Positions 57,928-64,000 of a stretch of DNA of 64,000 nucleotides are shown here, piece after piece. Position 1 is the stretch's first letter, and every line of letters starts with the position of its first letter. A program made the translations under genes and the position numbers. The DNA is from Clostridia bacterium (GTDB taxonomy: Bacteria; CBDUZB01; JAGLHV01), in contig JAUVLC010000001.1 in NCBI GenBank assembly GCA_030595925.1, positions 1,476-65,475 on the forward strand, given 5' to 3'. The notes below the pieces were generated by a model that was given only the letters and a program-made list of their open reading frames with translations, was not told the DNA's origin and ran no database searches.

Positions 57928-58977
57928 TTATACTGCATTTCTTCTCACACTAAACGATGTAGTGTATCCTTCAGGATGAAAAACATGTGTAGAAGATACT
58001 ACATAATAGTTACCACTAAATCGTTTTCCCAATGCCTTCAACTCTAAAATCGTTCCTGCTCTAATTTTTGGATTACCACTGCAAGTTCCCTCAGCAGTTA
58101 TAAAATCCATAGAAATTTCGTTAAATTTTGCCTGAGCAATATTTTCCGCTTCACTTTGACTATGAATGGAATTATCTATCAGCATCACCTTAGAATCCCC
58201 AATAAAATCCTTAATCAGCTTTCCACCTGAATTGTTTCCCTTCATGGTGGTTATTTCATCACCACTGGTAGCTTGGGCAATTATTACCTGCTGTTTTTTA
58301 GTATCCCAGCCTCTTACTTCTACCTCACTTGCCTGATGAGCAATAGAAAGAGAAGAATAAAATTCTATAAGTGTTTTTCCCCATTCCAAAATAACATTTT
58401 CAGATAAATTTTCCCGCGACTTGATAAATTTAAGTGTCTTGTCTTCTACCCCCAGTTCATAACGAATTCTTTTTGCTCTCTCCAGCAGAAACTCAAGATT
58501 CGTTTGATTATCCTGAAGTAAATAATCATGAACGACATTAGTTTCATCTAATTTTGGATTAAGTCCTACTTCCTGAGCAATTTGAGCTGCTATTTGCGAA
58601 TCTTTCATTTGCACAAAAGTTCTTGTTTTTCTATTATGCTTTAACCTATGCATCCTATCAAACCCTCTAACTGTCAAATTATCAGGTGACCCTTTTGTAT
58701 AACCTGCATCTAAGGCAGTAATCTCACCTACTACCATTGTTGTTATATCGTTTAAATAACCCAAATCTATTTTTACCTCACTTTGTAAAAAGAGCAAATC
58801 CGAACCCGCCCATTCCCGTCCACTATCATTTAAAGTAAGAGTAAACATAGTAGGAGTATTCAAATAATCCTCTATTATTATTTCAGAAATAGCCGCTATA
58901 GCTTTATCTTTAAGCCTTTGACCATTTACATAAATTAAGAAACTCGGTACTAATTTACCTTTGTCATCTCCCGGCAT
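57928..58977 (-). CDS. baseplate hub protein, phage late-control gpD/gp27-like (tentative)
   Basis: ~350 aa; lies directly upstream of the gp5-like spike as in P2 (D...V) or T4 (gp27-gp5); start refined to MPGDDKG with RBS AAGGAG; weak motif-level support. Confidence 0.4.
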   Translation of the reverse strand: MPGDDKGKLVPSFLIYVNGQRLKDKAIAAISEIIIEDYLNTPTMFTLTLNDSGREWAGSDLLFLQSEVKIDLGYLNDITTMVVGEITALDAGYTKGSPDNLTVRGFDRMHRLKHNRKTRTFVQMKDSQIAAQIAQEVGLNPKLDETNVVHDYLLQDNQTNLEFLLERAKRIRYELGVEDKTLKFIKSRENLSENVILEWGKTLIEFYSSLSIAHQASEVEVRGWDTKKQQVIIAQATSGDEITTMKGNNSGGKLIKDFIGDSKVMLIDNSIHSQSEAENIAQAKFNEISMDFITAEGTCSGNPKIRAGTILELKALGKRFSGNYYVVSSTHVFHPEGYTTSFSVRRNAV

Positions 58978-59347
58978 AATTATCATCTCCTTCTTTTCAC
59001 GATACAAGATACAGGATACAGGATACAGGATACAGGATACAGGATACAAAATTCAAGATTTAGGATTCACGATTCAGGATAAAAGCAATTACAAATTTCA
59101 AATTGATTCGCTGTTTTCAATCTAATTTTTATCCTGTACCTCGAAATATCATTCCTACGCGTCTTTAATGTCATTCCTGCGGAAGTAGGAATCTATTACA
59201 TTTTAGATTCCATATCAAGTACGGAATGACAGAATGTTTGTATCATGTATCGTGTAATTTCACCCTCACCTTATTCCTCTCCCCTCAAGGGAGAGGAAAA
59301 TCCTGCATCGTGTATCCTGTATCATGTATCGTGAATCCTGTATCATG

Positions 59348-59968
59348 TTAATAAAGCGGTGGTATTTTCAATCGTCTACCTGGCTTTATATTCATTGGAT
59401 CATCAATACCATTAGCATCAGCAATGACCCTCCATTTATTGGGGTCATCATATTCTTGAGCAGCAATCGTAGTCAAATTTTCTCCTTGTTTTATAGTTCT
59501 TCTTTTGGTATGGTCAGCAGAATGTCTGGGTTTTTCCTGCATTTGACTATAGGCAGTACTATACTCTTTAAAAAGTACCTTTAAGGTTGCTCTTACAGGA
59601 GTTCCATCGTTTAAAAACATAGTAAATCTTGCCACCATATCTTCTAAGACACATTTAAATTTTAATTTGCCCCAACTAAAAAGACACAAAGGAGGCCTGT
59701 GTTGGTCCGCATTAACCATCATTAACTCCTCAATCTTTTTAGTATAATTCCTCACATCCGTCCGTTCTTCAGAGGTATCAAAAAACAATTCCATAGAAAG
59801 TTTTTTTCTTTCCCCGGTAGTAAACTCCACCGCCGGAGAATCTAAACCCTGAATCTGATGTTCCTTCCAGGGGGTTTTCTTTTCAACTACATATTCCTTA
59901 GGGTTAAAAAGAACTTTAATCTCCTCATTGGTATCTAAATTAGTTATAGTTGCTTTTTCAAGAGCCAT
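59348..59968 (-). CDS. LysM-domain tail protein (tube-initiator / P2 gpX-like)
   Basis: N-terminal tube-like domain (IKVLFNPKEYVVEKKTPWKEHQIQGLDSPAVEFTTGERKKLSMELFFD) plus a C-terminal LysM (RTIKQGENLTTIAAQEYDDPNKWRVIADANGIDDPMNIKPGRRLKIP); start MALEKATI with RBS AAAGGAGG. Confidence 0.55.
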   Translation of the reverse strand: MALEKATITNLDTNEEIKVLFNPKEYVVEKKTPWKEHQIQGLDSPAVEFTTGERKKLSMELFFDTSEERTDVRNYTKKIEELMMVNADQHRPPLCLFSWGKLKFKCVLEDMVARFTMFLNDGTPVRATLKVLFKEYSTAYSQMQEKPRHSADHTKRRTIKQGENLTTIAAQEYDDPNKWRVIADANGIDDPMNIKPGRRLKIPPLY

Positions 59969-60127
59969 ATTTATAGCCTCCTTTCTTTCACGATACAAGA
60001 TTCATGATTCACGATACAGGATTCAGGATACAGGATTCAGGATACAAGATTCAAAATCCAAGATCCACGATTCAGGATTCAGGATACAAGATATAAAATA
60101 CAGAATGCAGAATTCAGGATGCAGGAT

Positions 60128-60916
60128 TCACCCAAAGACACTTATATATTTTTTGTAAAAGTTTCTATACTCTACATCTGTTAATCTTTCTTTTGCTATT
60201 TTTAAATCCCGCTTGATTTTCTTTTCCATCATTCTATAAACTTTTTGTATATCTTCTTGTGTACAATTAATTACTTTACCGTTATCAAATTTTACTGCAA
60301 TTAATTTATTAGTGTTTGTATGAAAATTTATAGAAACAACCCTTGTTTCTTCTGATTCTGTTTTTATCTTTGCCTGAATTCTTTTATCTTTAGATAATTT
60401 TACTTCTTCCTGTGTTGGTTCTATCGATTGTCCCTGAACAAAGACTAAATCTTGTTCATTTGCTAATGCCTCTTGTTCTAACTGTCTCATCTTTTCTATA
60501 CTGGCATTTTTTGTTTCTCCCTTTTCTTCCTGCATTATATGTGTCATTTCATGCTTAAGTAATCTTATTCCTTCTTCTGTATCCGGTCTGAATTTTCCCC
60601 TGGCAAAATATATGTCTTTCCCTGCGGTAAATGCCTCTGCCCCAATCTTCCCAGCGGCCAAATTAGATAATTCATCCGTATGAATCTTTACATTTTTTAA
60701 ATCCTGCTCTGCAACCGGTTCTAACTTTGACAAGGTATCTACATCTAAAGTTCGGGAAGGCTTCATCCTGTTTAATTCCTTTTCCATAAAATCAAAAATT
60801 TCCGATGGTATAGCCTTAAAACTTTTCCCCAATTCCATCTTAGGAAGAAAAGTCTTACTTTTACCTTTACCGGTCAATTTTATCGTCCATTTAATTTTTT
60901 TAATGTGTAGTGACAT
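60128..60916 (-). CDS. DUF4157 (eCIS-associated metallopeptidase-like) domain protein
   Basis: VKIHTDELSNLAAGKIGAEAFTAGKDIYFARGKFRPDTEEGIRLLKHEMTHIMQ matches the DUF4157 core (...AFT.G.DI.F..G.Y.P.T..G..LL.HELTHV.Q). Confidence 0.8.
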   Translation of the reverse strand: MSLHIKKIKWTIKLTGKGKSKTFLPKMELGKSFKAIPSEIFDFMEKELNRMKPSRTLDVDTLSKLEPVAEQDLKNVKIHTDELSNLAAGKIGAEAFTAGKDIYFARGKFRPDTEEGIRLLKHEMTHIMQEEKGETKNASIEKMRQLEQEALANEQDLVFVQGQSIEPTQEEVKLSKDKRIQAKIKTESEETRVVSINFHTNTNKLIAVKFDNGKVINCTQEDIQKVYRMMEKKIKRDLKIAKERLTDVEYRNFYKKYISVFG

Positions 60917-61002
60917 TGTTTCTTCCTTTCATAAGCTTTTTTCGGGTCGAATCCTTCTAGTTCTCTAGGACAAGTTAATCCAACCCCCTACAACTCTTAT
61001 AG

Positions 61003-62631
61003 TCACCCTTCTACCCATCTTCCTATTGACGGTCTATCTTCCGGAGGTTTAACAAAATGAATATCTTTTATATCTATTCCTGAATCTTGTAATTTCTGAA
61101 AAATTCTTTTTAACTTCTTTATATTCCTTCTTTCCATATCTTTTTCTATCTCTTTATATAAAAATTGCTTCTGCCTAAGTATTTTTGAAAATTTACTCAA
61201 CGCTTCCCAAGAAAAATTTTTATCATCCAATTTAATTTTGCTATCAATAAACACCTCTTCTACCTTGCGTAACTTTTCTATCGCTTCGAACAAATTATCC
61301 ACTTTATCTAAACTAACACTTACTATTGCTTTGGCTACATTATTCACAGAAAACTCCATAAACAATTTCTCATGTTTTATTTTTAATTTTCTAAGACGTT
61401 TCTGTTCATTTACTTCTATTATTTGCTCACCTTGTTTTAAATGTTGCCTTTTTCTTTCTTCATTTAAAATAAACCTTGTTGGAAGTCTGTCATCCTCTCT
61501 TAAAATTATTTCCCTTCTGCCAGAATCTTTAAACCTATTTTTCTTTAATTTTATCAATAAATTTTGCAATTCAAGTTTGTTACGATTTATTGCGTTTTTA
61601 ATATAATTACTTTTAGAATCATATTTTTCAGCAACCATAAAATACAATAAAGACTTTCTCATAAATTCAATCTTTTTATCAATGTTTTGCGACTGAAAAT
61701 ATCTTCTTTGGAGAGCTTTACGATAAAATCTTAAACCCCTGTCATAATAAATTTGTGCTCTTCTTTCCATTTTATTGATCGCAAAAAATTCATTTACATC
61801 CTTTTTTAAATACAAATCCTTTTTTGAAAATGTCAAATTTTCATTAAAAATCAAACTTCTTTTTTCTATAATTTTATTAACTTTATTTACTATCTTTTTA
61901 ACTAAAGGTTCTACCTGAATATCATTATCTAAATTTAAATCTGACATTCCTTCAACACTATCTATCTCCACATCATGTGTCATTAAATACTGTGCTAATT
62001 CCGGGTTATTAGCTAACTCTTTATAAATATATGGTTCAATTAGACTTTCGAGCATTGTTTTAATTCTTAAAAATCTTATATTGTCTTCTTGTTCTTTGTC
62101 TTGTGCTTTAATTTCAATATTGTCTATCTTTATTAAAGGTTCATTGGACTTGCTTCTTGCAAAAACTTCCGTTAAATATTTTTCCATATTTTCTGCTTGT
62201 TTTTCCAAATCTTGTGTAGAGGAAAATCCCTTCATTGCTAATTCTCCTGCTTTTCCTTTCTGTTGGGCAATATGGGTTAATTCATGTCCTATCAATGCTT
62301 TCCCACCAGTTGTTTCCGGATTATATTTATCTTGAGCAAAATATATATCTTTTCCATAAGTAAATGCTTCTGCATTTAAATTATTTGCTGTATCTTGTGA
62401 TGTTTTATCTGTATGTATTTTTACATCACCCATTTTAAATCCCATTATCGGCTCAAACTTTTTTCTAAGCTCAGAACTAAGAGGAGTCCCATAACTTTTT
62501 CTAATCCGTTCTATCGGGTCAGAAACTGTTTCTTTTAAAAGTGTGGTAGAATCAAGCATCATATAATCATGATAGGCCCAACCTTCTGCTATTTTCTTAC
62601 TTAATTCTTTCATTGTTTCTTCTTTGTTCAT
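61003..62631 (-). CDS. DUF4157 domain protein with a long C-terminal coiled-coil-rich extension
   Basis: VKIHTDKTSQDTANNLNAEAFTYGKDIYFAQDKYNPETTGGKALIGHELTHIAQQKG; 542 aa. Confidence 0.8.
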   Translation of the reverse strand: MNKEETMKELSKKIAEGWAYHDYMMLDSTTLLKETVSDPIERIRKSYGTPLSSELRKKFEPIMGFKMGDVKIHTDKTSQDTANNLNAEAFTYGKDIYFAQDKYNPETTGGKALIGHELTHIAQQKGKAGELAMKGFSSTQDLEKQAENMEKYLTEVFARSKSNEPLIKIDNIEIKAQDKEQEDNIRFLRIKTMLESLIEPYIYKELANNPELAQYLMTHDVEIDSVEGMSDLNLDNDIQVEPLVKKIVNKVNKIIEKRSLIFNENLTFSKKDLYLKKDVNEFFAINKMERRAQIYYDRGLRFYRKALQRRYFQSQNIDKKIEFMRKSLLYFMVAEKYDSKSNYIKNAINRNKLELQNLLIKLKKNRFKDSGRREIILREDDRLPTRFILNEERKRQHLKQGEQIIEVNEQKRLRKLKIKHEKLFMEFSVNNVAKAIVSVSLDKVDNLFEAIEKLRKVEEVFIDSKIKLDDKNFSWEALSKFSKILRQKQFLYKEIEKDMERRNIKKLKRIFQKLQDSGIDIKDIHFVKPPEDRPSIGRWVEG

Positions 62632-62644
62632 GTCTTCTCCTAAA

Positions 62645-62772
62645 AGCTTAGAGCTTAGAGCATAAAGCGTAGAGCTTAGAGCGTAGAGCTTAGAGCGTAG
62701 AGCTTAGAGCATAGAGCTAAGTGTTAAAAGCTAAGAGCTTAGAGCAAAGAGCTAAGTGCTAAGAGCGTAGTG
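62645..62772. repeat. AGAGCWW heptamer array
   Basis: agagctt agagcat aaagcgt agagctt agagcgt ... Confidence 0.85.
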
Positions 62773-62828
62773 TATCCTGTATCCTGTATCCTGTATCATG
62801 TATCTTGTATCATGTATCTTGTATCCTG

Positions 62829-63350
62829 TTAAATATCATGCATCTTCTTCTTTTTCATATATTCTCTGCAAAAATTGGTAAATAAATCCCTAACAGTACT
62901 TTTTGCGGACACACCTGTTTCTTGTAAACTAACATCCTTATCTTCTTCTCTTTGTGGAGAAGCTTTCTGTACCGGAATAGATTTATTTTGTCTATCAATC
63001 TTTACTACAGGTTGTCCCTTTCCGCCTTCTGCATAAGACGAAGTAGCTTTATCCCTGTTGTTAAAAAGAGAGAGAAGAACAAAATCACTTTCAGAATGTT
63101 CAGCAGACCGAACAGGTCTATCATCATTTTTACCAGGTACTTCTATCTTGTTACTTATTATTGTAGGACTAATTTTTGGATAAACCGCTTTGTCAGTTAT
63201 GTTTTTAGATAACTGGTTCGATATTAAAGGTACATTATTACCCACTTTGTTATCTTCAAAAAAAGGGGATAGAGAAAATAGTTTTTCCATAATAGCAGGA
63301 AATGGCGATTCTCTTTCTATGAGCATAGGGCTAAGAGCATAGGGCATAGA
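62829..63350 (-). CDS. hypothetical protein (true start uncertain; the upstream ORF extension is repeat-derived)
   Basis: The track ORF 62829..63785 reads through the ATCNTGW array (IQDTRYR...); the plausible real starts MPYALSP/MLIERES/MEKLFSL lie after an AGAGCWW remnant; no domain recognised. Confidence 0.3.
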   Translation of the reverse strand, partial: SMPYALSPMLIERESPFPAIMEKLFSLSPFFEDNKVGNNVPLISNQLSKNITDKAVYPKISPTIISNKIEVPGKNDDRPVRSAEHSESDFVLLSLFNNRDKATSSYAEGGKGQPVVKIDRQNKSIPVQKASPQREEDKDVSLQETGVSAKSTVRDLFTNFCREYMKKKKMHDI

Positions 63351-63404
63351 GTTTTTGTTTATTGGTCCTTCGCCTGAGAAGGATAAAGCGAATTGTTCAT
63401 TAAT

Positions 63405-63650
63405 GCTTGCATCCTGTATTTTGTATCCTGTATCGTGCATCCTGTATCGTGTATCCTGTTCTTCATCCTGCACCCCAAATTTTGGATTATGTATTCTGTA
63501 TCTTGGATCCTGTATCGGGTATCTTGGACCTTGTACCGGATATCTTGGATCCCGTATCGGAAATCGTGCATCATGTATTTTATGTTTTATGTCCTGCATC
63601 CCAGGTTCCGTATCTCCTGCATCCTGCGTCCTGTCATCCAGCATCTTTAA
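63405..63650. repeat. ATCNTGW heptamer array (mixed, degenerate)
   Basis: atcctgt attttgt atcctgt atcgtgc ... atcttgg atcccgt; the source of four overlapping spurious ORFs. Confidence 0.85.
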
Positions 63651-63749
63651 ATAATATTCTTTCATTGTCATCGTAGGAATAATATATTTAGAAATTTCCC
63701 CTGTCTCATTGGGAATATTCGGTAATTCGGACAAAGCATCTCGTGAATC

Positions 63750-63935
63750 CTGCTCTATGCTCCTTACTCTATGCTTTTCGTTCAATGTTCTTTGCTCTAT
63801 GCCCTTTGCTCCATGCTCTTCGCTCCATGCTCTTTGCTCTTTGCTCTCTACTCTATGCTCCCCGCTCTTTGCTCTTTGCTCTCTGCTCTCTGCTCTATGC
63901 TCTTCGCTCTTTGCTCTTCGCTTAGAAACAGGAAT
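63750..63935. repeat. reverse-orientation AGAGCWW (GCTCTNN) heptamer array
   Basis: ctctatg ctcctta ctctatg ... ctctttg ctctctg. Confidence 0.85.
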
Positions 63936-64000
63936 ATTTACTATCTCATATGTAGGTTTTTTATGTATATTTGAATAGGCGGGAAATTCTTCACCTTTTT

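Noticed and set aside
39133-62631. Type VI secretion system
   Set aside because: PAAR and gp5/gp25/baseplate-J homologs are shared with T6SS. But there are no TssB/TssC sheath, Hcp, ClpV, TssK/L/M or TssN-R genes. LysM tube-initiator-like, DUF4157 and P2-like gene order instead point to a phage-tail-derived eCIS/tailocin-like module.
29533-63785. N-terminal extensions of real genes in the ORF track (for example 29128..29577, 29708..31309, 35754..36368, 57928..59049, 59348..59998, 62829..63785)
   Set aside because: The extensions are encoded by heptamer arrays and precede clear RBS-plus-ATG/GTG starts; trimmed coordinates are used instead.
25383-64000. Integron-like cassette array with attC sites
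   Set aside because: The gene-per-slot, co-directional layout is reminiscent of an integron. However, the spacers are tandem heptamer arrays rather than 57-141 bp imperfect palindromes with R/L boxes. No intI-type integrase is present; the only tyrosine recombinase (5003..5890) is a core XerC/D-like gene 20 kb away.
25383-64000. Intact prophage
   Set aside because: No capsid, portal, terminase, integrase, repressor or lysis genes in 39 kb. Only tail baseplate/spike components are scattered among non-phage genes.

Overview
The window is AT-rich DNA with lysine-rich proteins and strong AGGAGG ribosome-binding sites. Two T9SS-type C-terminal sorting domains and a PorV-like barrel are present; the T9SS CTDs suggest an FCB-group or related candidate-phylum bacterium, and no closer assignment is made. 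It splits into two very different parts.

- **1–24.3 kb, core housekeeping.** Compact operons, almost all on the minus strand. They include tRNA-Arg(CCG), alaS, yicC, a XerC/D recombinase, an MBL hydrolase, recA, pgsA, rimO, rodZ-like, lolA-like, ftsK, uppP and accB. The classic rimP-nusA-infB-rbfA-(DHH phosphoesterase)-ribF-rpsO-pnp cluster is also here. Spacers are short.
- **25.4–64 kb, accessory island.** Virtually every gene is separated from its neighbours by 150–700 bp spacers built from two families of degenerate 7-bp tandem arrays (AGAGCWW and ATCNTGW). These are joined by conserved linkers and several recurring hairpin or three-way-junction elements. A conserved 5' leader (GCTTAAAAACGAAAGGAGG) precedes many start codons.

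The island encodes a dispersed phage-tail or extracellular-contractile-injection-system (eCIS)-like baseplate/spike module. It comprises a LysM tube-initiator-like protein, a gpD/gp27-like hub, two gp5/gpV-like spikes, a gp25/gpW-like wedge, a ~1000-aa baseplate-J protein, a P2 gpI-like protein, PAAR, two DUF4157 proteins and an AAA+ ATPase. Sheath and tube genes are not in the window; they likely lie beyond 64 kb.

Interleaved with these are:
- a PAAR-linked candidate effector with two LysM domains and an NLP/NPP1-like HxHDWE toxin motif;
- T9SS-type cargo and a PorV-like barrel;
- a DUF2997–DUF1257–AAA trio with vWA and FHA proteins;
- a pentapeptide-repeat operon;
- a 23S-IVS-type four-helix-bundle protein;
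- two plus-strand toxin–antitoxin pairs with sigma70 promoters, one of which has a frameshifted VapC.

Several secreted proteins have signal peptides encoded by the heptamer-array sequence itself. Many six-frame ORFs inside the arrays, and the N-terminal extensions they create on real genes, are artefacts. Corrected starts are given where a ribosome-binding site supports them.
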